Shown here: piece after piece, positions 38,169-47,250 of the stretch
Layout of the letters: each line of letters begins with the position of its first letter
Position numbering within the stretch: the stretch's first letter is position 1
Origin: a virus
Lineage: Duplodnaviria > Caudoviricetes
DNA: 64,000 bases
IMG/VR virus record: IMGVR_UViG_2767802123_000001
Coordinates: 1 to 64,000 of that record
Strand: one strand, 5' to 3'
Made by a program: the position numbers and the translations under genes
Notes under the pieces: generated by a model
Told to the model about the DNA's origin: nothing
Databases searched by the model: none
The model's input: only the letters and a program-made list of their open reading frames with translations

Positions 38169-40002
38169 GGCCGTTCACCGCCCTCGGTACGAGCGAGGTG
38201 GAGATCATGGCCGTGGTGTCGGCGTAGGGGCTGCGGCCGTCGATGACGAGCCGGCCGAACGTGTCCAGGTGGCACAGGTACGTCCCGGACGAGCCGGGCC
38301 GTACGGACGGGGCCGCCGTGGCGACCGCGTGCGTGAACGGGCACGAGTACTCGTACTCACCGCACAGAGGCGGGTGCAGCAGGTCCCACCGGTTGCCCGC
38401 TCCGACGCGGAGCATGTGCTGCGTCCGGGCCTGCTGCACGAGAAGCTGCGCCCGCTCCACCGTGGCCTGCTGCTCCCGCGCGGGCGGGCCGGTCTCGTCC
38501 TGCGTCGGGGGTGGTTCCTCACCCGGCGTGGCCGCGCGTCCGGTGTCCTCGGCCGGGGCCTGCTGCGCTCCTCCGGGCGGCGGGGTGTCGCCTTGCTGGA
38601 CGGCTTCGGCCGTGCCGGGGTCCTGCGGGGAGACGGGGACGATCTGCGGGACGTCCTCGCCGAGCAGTTGCGCCAGGGCGGACGCGGCGCCCGTCGGCAG
38701 GGTGCGGATGATGGTCTTGAGGGACTGTACCCGCAGCTCTTCGTCGTCCGGTGCGTCGTCCTCGTCGAACCCCAGCTCCCGGCGGTACGCCTCGCCGGAC
38801 AGCTCCAGCCGGTCGTAGGCCAGTGTCGCGTTGCCGCTGCGGTCCGGGCTCAGTGCCAGCTCGCTCATGTCGTACCAGACGACCCACGCGGCCGGGTCCT
38901 CGCCGGACAGCTCCAGCCGGGGCTGGAGGTAGCCGCGCGTCAGTGCGTCGCAGATCAGCTCCGCGACGGGGGCTATGTGGGTCTTGAGAGCACCTTCTTC
39001 CAACTGCCAGGCGGACCAGTGGTTCACGTCACCCATGCCCAGTAGCACGTCGGCAGGCATGTCCAGCTTGGTGGCCAGACGCTTGATCGCGCTGTCCCGC
39101 TTCGCGATGATCTTCTCGTCGATCTTCAGCGTGAAGTCGACGTGCTTCACCTTGTCGATCGCCTCGGCCGGGCCGACCAGCGGGATCGGCACCACGGCGG
39201 ACGCGGTACCGGGGTTCTGAATGGCGGTCGCCGCGACGGCGATCCACTCGGACATCAGCGGGTTGGGGTCTTCCTCGAACTCCTCCCTGACTGGGAAGCT
39301 CAGCTCATCCGGGAGCAGCAGGAGTCCGGCGGAGGCCAGCCGGGACAGGTACTCTGCCGTGATCTTCCGGTTGACCAGCTCCAGCTCCCGCATGATCTCC
39401 CGGGCGGACCGGGCCGGGGAGTCGGCCATGTGGAAGAACCGGTCATGCGGCCGCCAGACACGGACGACGTGGTGCTCCGGGGCGAGGTCGCGCCAGTCCT
39501 GGCCGGTGGTCGCGCTCTCCTCGTCCATCACCTGGTACTTGCCGGACTGCACGCGGACCTCGTCCACGGACCGGACCTGCCAGCGCTCAGTCTTGCCGTC
39601 CTGCTCCCCGACCAGGTACCCCTCGCCGGGGAGGGAGAGTTGCACCGTCAGCCGCCTCAGAATCTGCGACTGGCCGGCGACGCCTCCGCCGAAGAGCATC
39701 ATGAGGTCAGCGGCCGTGCCGCTGGTGACGATCTCGGGTTCGTCAGAGCCCGGCTTCAGCCGGCCCGCCCGGAGGCGGACCCTGCTCAGCATGTTGGCCA
39801 GCCACCCGACGCCGAAATTGAACTCGCCGAGGGTGTCGTGGAACTGCCAGACCTCTTCCTGCCATTTCTCTGTCCGGCGCAGGAACTTGGTCTCAGGCCC
39901 AGGCGGTGAGGCAGCGGCGGCCGTCAGCGACTCGGGCGGAGACTGCGGCAGCGGGGCGGGCTCCCGGGCCACACGTCCCCGGAATGCGTCGTACCACGGC
40001 AC
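38152..40002 (-). CDS. Portal protein
   Basis: GGGAGG RBS; RVWRPH, SRLASAGLL, LLGMGDVNHWSAW; synteny. Confidence 0.8.
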   Translation of the reverse strand: MPWYDAFRGRVAREPAPLPQSPPESLTAAAASPPGPETKFLRRTEKWQEEVWQFHDTLGEFNFGVGWLANMLSRVRLRAGRLKPGSDEPEIVTSGTAADLMMLFGGGVAGQSQILRRLTVQLSLPGEGYLVGEQDGKTERWQVRSVDEVRVQSGKYQVMDEESATTGQDWRDLAPEHHVVRVWRPHDRFFHMADSPARSAREIMRELELVNRKITAEYLSRLASAGLLLLPDELSFPVREEFEEDPNPLMSEWIAVAATAIQNPGTASAVVPIPLVGPAEAIDKVKHVDFTLKIDEKIIAKRDSAIKRLATKLDMPADVLLGMGDVNHWSAWQLEEGALKTHIAPVAELICDALTRGYLQPRLELSGEDPAAWVVWYDMSELALSPDRSGNATLAYDRLELSGEAYRRELGFDEDDAPDDEELRVQSLKTIIRTLPTGAASALAQLLGEDVPQIVPVSPQDPGTAEAVQQGDTPPPGGAQQAPAEDTGRAATPGEEPPPTQDETGPPAREQQATVERAQLLVQQARTQHMLRVGAGNRWDLLHPPLCGEYEYSCPFTHAVATAAPSVRPGSSGTYLCHLDTFGRLVIDGRSPYADTTAMISTSLVPRAVNGHAPAH

Positions 40003-40252
40003 GGCATACCTCCCCGGTTCGGATCGAGGGGCATGGTAGCTGCGATCATCCAAATGGCCGTTTTCACGGCATACCGGCTGCGCGCACGTGAGCCCCGCCG
40101 GCCACCACACCGGCGGGGCTCACGCATCCCTGTGCACCCTGACCCGAGGAAGCCGGATGAACGCGGGGCACCATACGACGGAAGGTCAATTTCACCTACT
40201 CCCGCACGAAAACCCCGGAGCGGAGATGCTCCGGGGCCAGTGGGGCGAACGG

Positions 40253-40465
40253 TCAGAGCCTTCCGGCCTTGAGCAGCGTGCGGACGGCCTGCCGGAACTC
40301 GCCCTTCAGCTCATCGGCTGCCAGCGCGTCGCGCAGAAACTCGCCGGCCGTGGGGTGGGTCGCCGCCCGACGGGCCGCCCAGCGGAGGTCCGGGGTGACT
40401 CCGTGATCGCCCCGGGCGACCTCGGCGAGAATTTCCTGGGCGTCTGCGATGTGGCTGGAGTTCAT
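40253..40465 (-). CDS. Small hypothetical protein
   Basis: GACCAAGGAAAGAAGGAACCGACC-ATG. Confidence 0.7.
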   Translation of the reverse strand: MNSSHIADAQEILAEVARGDHGVTPDLRWAARRAATHPTAGEFLRDALAADELKGEFRQAVRTLLKAGRL

Positions 40466-40513
40466 GGTCGGTTCCTTCTTTCCTTGGTCTGTCGGTCCGG
40501 CACTCCGTCCCGA

Positions 40514-40554
40514 TGAATTAATTAAACCACACTCTGTGCGGCCGGGGCAACCCC
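40514..40554 (-). promoter_or_regulatory. Repeated promoter/operator, copy 9
   Basis: Minus strand GGGGTTG-N18-TGGTTTAATTAATTCA. Confidence 0.8.
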
Positions 40555-40614
40555 GAGCACGACGAAGCCCCGGAGCCGTACGCGCTCCGGGGCTTCGCGG
40601 GGTGTTGCAGTGCG

Positions 40615-41622
40615 CTACACGTCGGCGGACCCTCGCTGCCAGGGCGCCCCCGAGGACGCGCGGTGACCACCGCCGGGGGTGTAGACGTGGGTGGCCAGTG
40701 CCGTCTGGACGAGGTGGTCAGCGATGGCCCGTGAGATGACCATCCCGGTAGACGTTTCCACGAAGCCGAACTGGCCCGCCGGGTTCGCCTCCAGGAACCA
40801 CCACGTGCCGCCCTGGTCGACGGCGAAGTCCAGGGCGGCGTACTCCAGCCCCAGCGTCTGCATGAGCTTCTGGACTTTCTGCGTCAGCGGCAGACTGGCA
40901 CTCACAGCCTCGAAGCCCAGGTCGTTCTCCGGGGCCGCCCTCCAGTCGAACGCCCCGTCGGCGGTGACCTTGCACGGGAACATCCGGTCGCCGATCACCG
41001 TCAGCCGGATGTCGTGTGTCTTGTCCACAGGCCGCTGGAGGTAACACATGGTCTGCCGCACGTGGTCGGCGCCGGCCAGGATCTCCTCGGGGGACACCAG
41101 CCGGGCCTGGACGAACCGGTCCGGGTGCGCGGTGAGGGTCTTGCACACCACCCTTCCGCCCTGTTCCGTGGCGAACGCGGCGGCCCGGTCGGGATCGTTG
41201 GTGAACAGTGCTGGAGGAGTCCGCAGGCCGAGAGACGAGGCGAGATGCAGTTGTCGTGGGCCGGGCCGGGCAGCCTGCGCCCGGAGCGGGTGGTTCACCC
41301 ACAACGTCCCGTCAAGGCCGTACAGGAAGTCCTCCAGGATGGCTCGGGACTCCCGCTGTCCCCACCCACCGGGCAGGCCAGGGTGCCACCAGAAGACGGA
41401 GACAACCGACTGCGAGAGCGTGGAGCGGTGGTCGTCTTCGATGGTGAACCGTAACGGCTCCCCGTCCGAGACGCCGGTCATCCGCAACGCCCCCGGGCGC
41501 GCGAGGTCGGCGGGGTCGATGCGGTGGATGGCGACCCCACGCGCCTGAATCTGCCGTATCACGAGGTCAGCCCCGAGATCGTCAGGTGCGGTGACGACAA
41601 GCACGGTGGGTGGGAGCGGCAT
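40615..41622 (-). CDS. ATP-grasp RiPP maturase (graspetide synthetase)
   Basis: VLVVTAPDD.GAD.V, WVNHP, DIRLTVIG, DWR, YAALDF...WWFLEANPAGQF; TGATG-coupled to precursor. Confidence 0.88.
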   Translation of the reverse strand: MPLPPTVLVVTAPDDLGADLVIRQIQARGVAIHRIDPADLARPGALRMTGVSDGEPLRFTIEDDHRSTLSQSVVSVFWWHPGLPGGWGQRESRAILEDFLYGLDGTLWVNHPLRAQAARPGPRQLHLASSLGLRTPPALFTNDPDRAAAFATEQGGRVVCKTLTAHPDRFVQARLVSPEEILAGADHVRQTMCYLQRPVDKTHDIRLTVIGDRMFPCKVTADGAFDWRAAPENDLGFEAVSASLPLTQKVQKLMQTLGLEYAALDFAVDQGGTWWFLEANPAGQFGFVETSTGMVISRAIADHLVQTALATHVYTPGGGHRASSGAPWQRGSADV

Positions 41623-41894
41623 CAGTCGTCGTCCTTCTTGTGCTCTTTGCTGTTGTGGGTCATGGTCGGCCCGAACAGGGCGTGCGGAACGTGGGCGAAG
41701 TCGTCGTCCTTCTTGAACCCCTTGTGGTTGTGGGTCATCGTCGTGGCCTGGACGTCGGCGACGTCGACCACGGCGTCCCCGTCCGAGGTCACGTTGAGCT
41801 GGCGGAGGCGGTCGAACGTGAACTCCGGGGTCCGGTCGACGGGCGGGGTCGGGACCTCGACGAGGAGTGCAAAGGGGGTACACGTGGCGGTCAC
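41622..41894 (-). CDS. Graspetide precursor peptide, 90 aa, two cores
   Basis: PFAL and FDxxRQLNV leader; TMTHNHKGFKKDDD and TMTHNSKEHKKDDD cores; AAGGA RBS. Confidence 0.85.
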   Translation of the reverse strand: MTATCTPFALLVEVPTPPVDRTPEFTFDRLRQLNVTSDGDAVVDVADVQATTMTHNHKGFKKDDDFAHVPHALFGPTMTHNSKEHKKDDD

Positions 41895-42003
41895 GGTGCC
41901 ATCCTTCGGTTGTGGGGCCGTGCTCTGACGGCCCGTTCCTGTGTTCCTGGTTCCTTGCTCTTGATCCGCGCCCTGGGAGACCAGCACCCGTAGTCGCCGA
42001 TCA

Positions 42004-42042
42004 TGGATTAATTAAACCTTAGTTGTGTGACGCACGCAACCC
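42004..42042 (-). promoter_or_regulatory. Repeated promoter/operator, copy 10 (upstream of RiPP)
   Basis: Minus strand GGGTTG-N17-AGGTTTAATTAATCCA. Confidence 0.75.
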
Positions 42043-42097
42043 TCAGACACGACAAAACCCCGGAGCGTGAAGGCTCCGGGGTTCAACCGCGCGGCAT

Positions 42098-42775
42098 TCA
42101 GGACAGAGTGAGCGGGTGGCCCGGCGCGTAGACGGCCTCACCGACACCGATCACCGTGTTGCCGGTGACGTAGACGCTGCGCACCGTCAGCACCCCCCGG
42201 TCGTTGTCCAGGCCGAACTCCGCACGCTCTTCGTCCGTGGTGGTGCGGACGTCCGCTGTCTTGGACGCCACGCGGACCTCGTTGCCGGAACGGTCCTGGT
42301 AGAGAGCCTGCCAGGTGGGATCGCAGGCCCGGGGTTCGTCGATCTCGGGGACGTACTCGGCAACGTCCACGCGCACCCACGACTGCGATGCCTGGACGAC
42401 GTCGCCTCCTCGGGCCACGGTGCGCACGCGGTTCACGCACTCGCCCTCCCCGAGGAGTTCGGCGACCCAGTCGGGCGCCTGCACCCGCTCGCTGCGCTTG
42501 TGGTTGATCGTCTCGCCGGCCTGCGTGATGCCCTGAATGCGCTTCTCGCCCACGATGAGCCGGCGCCGGTCAGCGACGAACACCCCACGCCCCTGCTGGG
42601 AGGTGACGTACCCCTCGGCCTTCAGCAGCGCGATGCCACGATAGACCGCATTGTCGCTGATCATGAACTGCTTCATCAGTGCTGCGGTGGGCGGCAGTTG
42701 GTCTCCCGGCTTCAGAGTTCCCAGGTCAATGCGTGCCCTCAGGTACGAGACCATGCGCGCGACGGTGCCAGCCAT
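42098..42775 (-). CDS. GntR-family regulator (HutC/KorSA-like)
   Basis: LKPGDQLPP...LLKAEGYV...QGRGVFV; UTRA-like C-terminus. Confidence 0.88.
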   Translation of the reverse strand: MAGTVARMVSYLRARIDLGTLKPGDQLPPTAALMKQFMISDNAVYRGIALLKAEGYVTSQQGRGVFVADRRRLIVGEKRIQGITQAGETINHKRSERVQAPDWVAELLGEGECVNRVRTVARGGDVVQASQSWVRVDVAEYVPEIDEPRACDPTWQALYQDRSGNEVRVASKTADVRTTTDEERAEFGLDNDRGVLTVRSVYVTGNTVIGVGEAVYAPGHPLTLS

Positions 42776-42909
42776 CAGTTTCTCCTCGGGTCTTCCTATC
42801 GGATGTGGTTGACGGTACATCAGCTGTGCCTTAGCTTCCTAGGAGGGTTCCTGTAGGAAGTCCCCCAGGGCATTCCCCTGAATTCGATAAATCACACACG
42901 GAGGACCGC

Positions 42910-43299
42910 ATGGCCGCCACCAGCACTCTGTCCGACGTCAAGACGACCGCCCCGACTGCCCGTCGCGCGGCAGAGATCCACGCAGTGTGGATGGCCGACC
43001 CAGAGATGCCGGACGTGGCCGGGAGCATGGCTGACGCCGTGCGTGTGCTGGCCGTACGGGCCGCCGTGCACGAGCGGACAGGCGACGCGCGGGCCGCCGC
43101 CCTGCCCGCTCCGGCGGCCGTGGAGCTGTCGGCGAGGGTGCTGGAGCGTCAGTTCCCCGAGCTGCGCTGGATCGCGGAGCGCACCGGGCACGTCCTGGTG
43201 CACGGGGCCGACGACGCCCGCTGGGCCCCCGGCGACTACACGCAGCAGGTGTACGTCGGTGCCTTCGGCGCGGTCGGCGGCCGACACTGGTCTGTGTGA
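42910..43299 (+). CDS. Hypothetical protein divergent from GntR
   Basis: GGAGG RBS. Confidence 0.65.
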   Translation: MAATSTLSDVKTTAPTARRAAEIHAVWMADPEMPDVAGSMADAVRVLAVRAAVHERTGDARAAALPAPAAVELSARVLERQFPELRWIAERTGHVLVHGADDARWAPGDYTQQVYVGAFGAVGGRHWSV

Positions 43300-43307
43300 C
43301 GATTTCG

Positions 43308-43359
43308 GGCACGACGAAGCCCCGGGACCTGTGGTGGAGTCCCGGGGCTTCGTCGTGCC
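43308..43359. terminator. 21-bp perfect hairpin between convergent genes
   Basis: GGCACGACGAAGCCCCGGGAC / GTCCCGGGGCTTCGTCGTGCC. Confidence 0.75.
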
Positions 43360-43364
43360 TGCGA

Positions 43365-43610
43365 TCAGTCGGAGAACCCAACGCCGAAAGGCATGGAGTC
43401 CGAGGGCAGCGCCCCGTCAGGTACCTCGGCGGTGAACGTCGCAGACGCCCCGTCCTCCGCGACCTCAACGGCGATGATCTTGCACCCACCCTCAATCGGC
43501 TGGCCCTCGATGTTCATCGGAACCGTCTTCCCGATTTGACTGTCAAAGACGTCCGGAGCGAAACGAGACCCCGGGTCGGCGGGCTGGCTGAACTGGACTT
43601 GTCGGCTCAC
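43365..43610 (-). CDS. Hypothetical protein
   Basis: GGGAG RBS; follows operator copy 11. Confidence 0.6.
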   Translation of the reverse strand: MSRQVQFSQPADPGSRFAPDVFDSQIGKTVPMNIEGQPIEGGCKIIAVEVAEDGASATFTAEVPDGALPSDSMPFGVGFSD

Positions 43611-43632
43611 GGGTACTCCCTGCTTAGACGGG

Positions 43633-43648
43633 TGACTTGATTAAACCA
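43633..43648 (-). promoter_or_regulatory. Operator copy 11 (no TTG box)
   Basis: TGACTTGATTAAACCA. Confidence 0.6.
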
Positions 43649-43651
43649 GTG

Positions 43652-44167
43652 TCAGTGGGTGTTGCGGCCGGCCTCGGCGCAGGCGCCGCACGGGCGGCGG
43701 TGGCAGTCACCGCAGACGGCCGGCGGGTAGAAGCTGCGGGTCTCCTGACGCAGGTACCCGTTCTCGCAGGTGCAGGTGTGCACGCACGGAGCGGCCACGG
43801 CCTCCACCGGCCCGGCCGCCGGGATGACGGCGATCATCTCGTCGGGGCGCACCGGGCAGTGCGGGTACAGCGTGATCCACGGGCCGTCGGCCCCGGCCGT
43901 CCACGCCTTGCAGCTCGGGCAGTCAACCTCAAACGCGGCCGGCCGGGCAACGTAGGCGGCGTTCAGGTAGCTCACCCAGTTCAGACGGCTGCCGCGCCGC
44001 AGCGGCTGGTCCGCGTCCCCGACTACGAGGTCTCCGGGCTGCACCTGGTCGGCGCGGACGATGGTCAGGCGGTCCAGGCTGTAGCCCTCGGGGAGGGGAC
44101 GCAGGCCCCAGTCCTCATCGCGGACGCAGGCGACAGCGGGGGTCAGTTCGACGGCTACAGCGGTCAT
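43652..44167 (-). CDS. Cys-rich hypothetical protein
   Basis: RBS box; several CxxC motifs. Confidence 0.7.
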   Translation of the reverse strand: MTAVAVELTPAVACVRDEDWGLRPLPEGYSLDRLTIVRADQVQPGDLVVGDADQPLRRGSRLNWVSYLNAAYVARPAAFEVDCPSCKAWTAGADGPWITLYPHCPVRPDEMIAVIPAAGPVEAVAAPCVHTCTCENGYLRQETRSFYPPAVCGDCHRRPCGACAEAGRNTH

Positions 44168-44209
44168 GGTCGGTTCCTTCTTTCCTTGGTCTGCCGGGCC
44201 CCTGCCCGA

Positions 44210-44247
44210 TGACTTAATTAAATCACAGTCCGGGCGGGGGTGCAACC
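44210..44247 (-). promoter_or_regulatory. Repeated promoter/operator, copy 12
   Basis: Minus strand GGTTG-N17-TGATTTAATTAAGTCA. Confidence 0.8.
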
Positions 44248-44263
44248 TCGCACGCAGTAGGGG

Positions 44264-44440
44264 TCAGAGTGCGTGCACTCGCATAACCAGAACCTTCGCG
44301 GGTGCCGGGTTCGCGGTAACCAGGTCGGCACGCACGCTTTCGTGGGCGTCGACCGGACCCTTCGCTCGAACCACCCGCTGCCCGGTGCACCGTTCTCCAT
44401 TGGGGCCGAGGATCAGGTACTTCGTCAGGTAGTTCTTCAC
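44264..44440 (-). CDS. Small hypothetical protein
   Basis: GTGA overlap; GGAGGA RBS. Confidence 0.55.
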   Translation of the reverse strand: MKNYLTKYLILGPNGERCTGQRVVRAKGPVDAHESVRADLVTANPAPAKVLVMRVHAL

Positions 44441-44970
44441 AGATCCTCCCCCGCGCCCGGGTCGGTGATGGTGACGCCGTCCCGGACGCGGGACAGGACC
44501 CGGTCGTACTCGCAGCGGGGGTCGTCCCAACCGCCTCCGCCGCCGTCCAGCGTCAGCGTCTTGGCGTTGACCCTCTTCACCCGGTAGGTGTCTTGGCAGG
44601 TCTCGAACGTGCGCACCGTGACGATGTCGCCGACCCGGAAGTCCGCCCGCTCCCACGGCCGGGACCGGGTGGCCACCTTCTCGGCTATCGCGTCCTTGGC
44701 GTCCGCCTTGGCCTTGGCGTGCTTCGCGTTGGCCTGCGCCTGCTTCGCCTTGGTGTACGCGACCAGCGCGCGGTCGGACGCCGCGTCCGCACGGTCCTTG
44801 GTACGCCGGGCGGAGCGGTAGGAGTGGTGGCCGGCGAGCAGCGGCTGCCCGCCGGCGAACCGGCCGTACATGCCGTCCGCCCGCTCACGCATCCCCTCGG
44901 CCTTGGCCGTAAGCCGGTCGGCCTGTTCCTGGAGTCGGTCAGCCCGGCGGCGCTCGGGTGAGGCGCCCAT
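44437..44970 (-). CDS. DUF3560-like protein
   Basis: GQPLLAGHHSYRSARR motif. Confidence 0.7.
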   Translation of the reverse strand: MGASPERRRADRLQEQADRLTAKAEGMRERADGMYGRFAGGQPLLAGHHSYRSARRTKDRADAASDRALVAYTKAKQAQANAKHAKAKADAKDAIAEKVATRSRPWERADFRVGDIVTVRTFETCQDTYRVKRVNAKTLTLDGGGGGWDDPRCEYDRVLSRVRDGVTITDPGAGEDL

Positions 44971-45236
44971 CAGACGGCCCGACGCTTCGGCGCTCGGCGG
45001 ACGTTCTGGACGACGTAGTCCTCCGGGTTCTCGGAGTCGAGCGCCCAGGTCTGGCCGGTACGCTCCATCTCCGCACGATGCTTGGCGTTCTTCTCCTTGC
45101 GGAAGGCCACCGTCTCGGCGACCGCGACCCGCACGGCCTCGTCCTTGTCCGCCGCCTGCACCACGCGGGTGCCGGCTCCGATCCGGCCGCCCTTCGGGTG
45201 GCGGATCTCGATCAGGACCCGGAAGGTCTCGCTCAT
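44970..45236 (-). CDS. Hypothetical protein
   Basis: GACCAAGGAAAGAGGAACCCAGC-ATG. Confidence 0.7.
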   Translation of the reverse strand: MSETFRVLIEIRHPKGGRIGAGTRVVQAADKDEAVRVAVAETVAFRKEKNAKHRAEMERTGQTWALDSENPEDYVVQNVRRAPKRRAV

Positions 45237-45283
45237 GCTGGGTTCCTCTTTCCTTGGTCTGTCGGGCCGTTCGTCCTGCCCGA

Positions 45284-45322
45284 TGACTTAATTAAATCAT
45301 AGGTCTGTGAGGTGAACAACCC
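45284..45322 (-). promoter_or_regulatory. Repeated promoter/operator, copy 13 (divergent from recombinase)
   Basis: Minus strand GGGTTG-N17-TGATTTAATTAAGTCA. Confidence 0.8.
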
Positions 45323-45424
45323 GGAGGATGCCACGGAACAGGGTTCCCGCAGAATCGCTCTAGGCGAAGCGCAAAACGTGTGTTTTGAGCACGCCCGAAC
45401 CGGCCTCCGGATAGGCTCAGCGAT

Positions 45425-46510
45425 GTGACGATCATGACGGCGGCAGGGGCCGGCACGATCGCGGCCGACGGGAACGTGGCGCTGCGCACCGTGCTGGGCC
45501 TGCGCGAGAAACTGGGCACGGTCGCTCCGCGCGACCCGAAGAACCGCCGGCTCGGACCGCGCGTCCACCGGCTCGACCTCCTCCACGAGCTGTGCGCGCC
45601 GGAGACGTTCGAGCACGTCGTGGGGTGGCTGAACTCCGAACGGCTCACCAGCAACGGCACCCGGCGCGAGTACGCCGACGACGTCCGCCACTGGGCACGT
45701 GCTGCCCGGGAGCTGGTTGGCACCGAGCCCTTCTACCTCGGGGCGATCACCTCCGATGTGATCCCGGCGTGGCGCGCGTGGACCGGGGACATCGGGCTCG
45801 GGCCACGGCGGGTCAACCGCCTGGCTTCGTCGCTGACTTCGCTCATCGAGTACACCAAGTTCCGCACCCGGCTGGAGATCATCAACCCGATCACCAGGTA
45901 CGACCGGCCGGTGATCGACCCGCACGACGAGACGTCCATGACGCCGATCCTTGAAGTGCCGGAATTCCAGGCCGTGGTGGAGCAGGCGCAGACCCCACGT
46001 CAGGCCCTCGTGCCGGTGCTCATCTACACCCTGGCCGGCCGTGTCTCGGAGTGCTGCGCGGCCGGCATGCACCACATGAAGCCGTCCGGCGGGGAGTGCA
46101 AGCTGGACCTGACCCGCAAGGGCGGCAAGGGCCGCGTGTTCACTCTCCCGCCGAAGCTGTGTGAACTCGGGGCCGTGTGCTGGCAGGGCCGGACCTCCGG
46201 GCCGCTGCTGCTCGATGACGACGACCGGCCGATGGACCGGCACGCGGTGGACCGGCTGTTGAACCGCCTCGGCCGCGCGGCCGGTGTGCTGCCGGGCCGG
46301 GACCTCACTCCGCATGTCCTGCGGGCCAGCAAGCTCACCCACATGTACGACCAGGGTGTGAAGCCCGACGACATCCGCCGGTTCGCCGACCACAGCCAGG
46401 TCGCCACGACCATGCGGTACATCAGGCGCCGGGACGATGAGGCGCTGAAGCGGACACACGCAGCGGCGGCCGTGAAGGTCTACGAGGGTTTGGTCGACCG
46501 GTTCTTGTGA
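45425..46510 (+). CDS. Tyrosine recombinase (Xer/resolvase-like)
   Basis: GRVSE, RKGGK, HVLR, ADH, TTMRY catalytic set. Confidence 0.92.
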   Translation: MTIMTAAGAGTIAADGNVALRTVLGLREKLGTVAPRDPKNRRLGPRVHRLDLLHELCAPETFEHVVGWLNSERLTSNGTRREYADDVRHWARAARELVGTEPFYLGAITSDVIPAWRAWTGDIGLGPRRVNRLASSLTSLIEYTKFRTRLEIINPITRYDRPVIDPHDETSMTPILEVPEFQAVVEQAQTPRQALVPVLIYTLAGRVSECCAAGMHHMKPSGGECKLDLTRKGGKGRVFTLPPKLCELGAVCWQGRTSGPLLLDDDDRPMDRHAVDRLLNRLGRAAGVLPGRDLTPHVLRASKLTHMYDQGVKPDDIRRFADHSQVATTMRYIRRRDDEALKRTHAAAAVKVYEGLVDRFL

Positions 46511-46564
46511 CACGACGAAGCCCCGGAGTCACGGGACTCCGGGGCTGGTCTACGGGTGTGAGTG

Positions 46565-46738
46565 TCAGTCCTCGTCACCGTCGCAGGTGTGTCCGTAGAC
46601 GACTCGTCGGACGTCCGACTCGTTGGTGATCAGGTCGTACGCCATGCCGGAGCGCCAGCCGCACGGCGTGTGGGTCAGGTGGTGGAGAGACCACCAGCCG
46701 GACGCCTTGTCAGCTTCCCAGTCCGCAGGGAGTCGCAT
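46565..46738 (-). CDS. 57-aa small protein (not in ORF track)
   Basis: GACCAAGGAGGGAACTGACC-ATG; HTPC...HTC. Confidence 0.6.
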   Translation of the reverse strand: MRLPADWEADKASGWWSLHHLTHTPCGWRSGMAYDLITNESDVRRVVYGHTCDGDED

Positions 46739-46766
46739 GGTCAGTTCCCTCCTTGGTCAGTGTTCC

Positions 46767-46806
46767 TGATTTGATTAAATCATACCCCGGCCCGGGCCGA
46801 CAACCC
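46767..46806 (-). promoter_or_regulatory. Repeated promoter/operator, copy 14
   Basis: Minus strand GGGTTG-N18-TGATTTAATCAAATCA. Confidence 0.75.
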
Positions 46807-46813
46807 TTCCGCG

Positions 46814-47213
46814 TCATCTGCCAGGCGCGCTGAAGACGACCGTGCACCCGGCGGTGTCCAGTGCGGCGCCGATCTGGTCCCGCTCGGCGGCCGTCAGCGG
46901 GCGAGTGCTGTCCCACTCATTGCGCGGGTCCCAGCCGAATAGGGCGATGGGGTCCTCGCGTCTCGGGCGCCGCCTCGACAGGGACGCCAGCGACTCGGGC
47001 CAGGACTGCGGCGGCGTACGGGTTCGGCGCGTAGACGCCGGGGAGGATCAGCGCGCAGTCGGACATGGCGATGCGCAGGCGCGAGCCGTCGGTGAGGAAC
47101 GCACGACCGACGCCGTGCGGGCCCAGGGCTTTCTCCGCCGTGGCGATCCGGTCACCCCACTCCGCGCGGCCGTCGGGGTGGATCAGGACGTAGACGGGTT
47201 CCGTGGTCGTCAT
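46814..47213 (-). pseudogene. Hypothetical gene with probable frameshift near 46950
   Basis: Removing one C from GGACCCC restores RGPIALFGWDPRNEWDSTRPLT... to a stop at 46814. Confidence 0.5.
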
Positions 47214-47250
47214 GGTCCGCACGCTACCGTGACGCACTGACAGCGGGCGG

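Noticed and set aside
41623-41883. 87-aa N-terminal extension of the ATP-grasp ORF
   Set aside because: It overlaps the precursor gene in another frame; TGATG coupling at 41622 marks the real start.
45425-46510. Prophage boundary at the recombinase
   Set aside because: Phage genes and the same regulatory motifs continue on both sides; no att site or host gene is seen.
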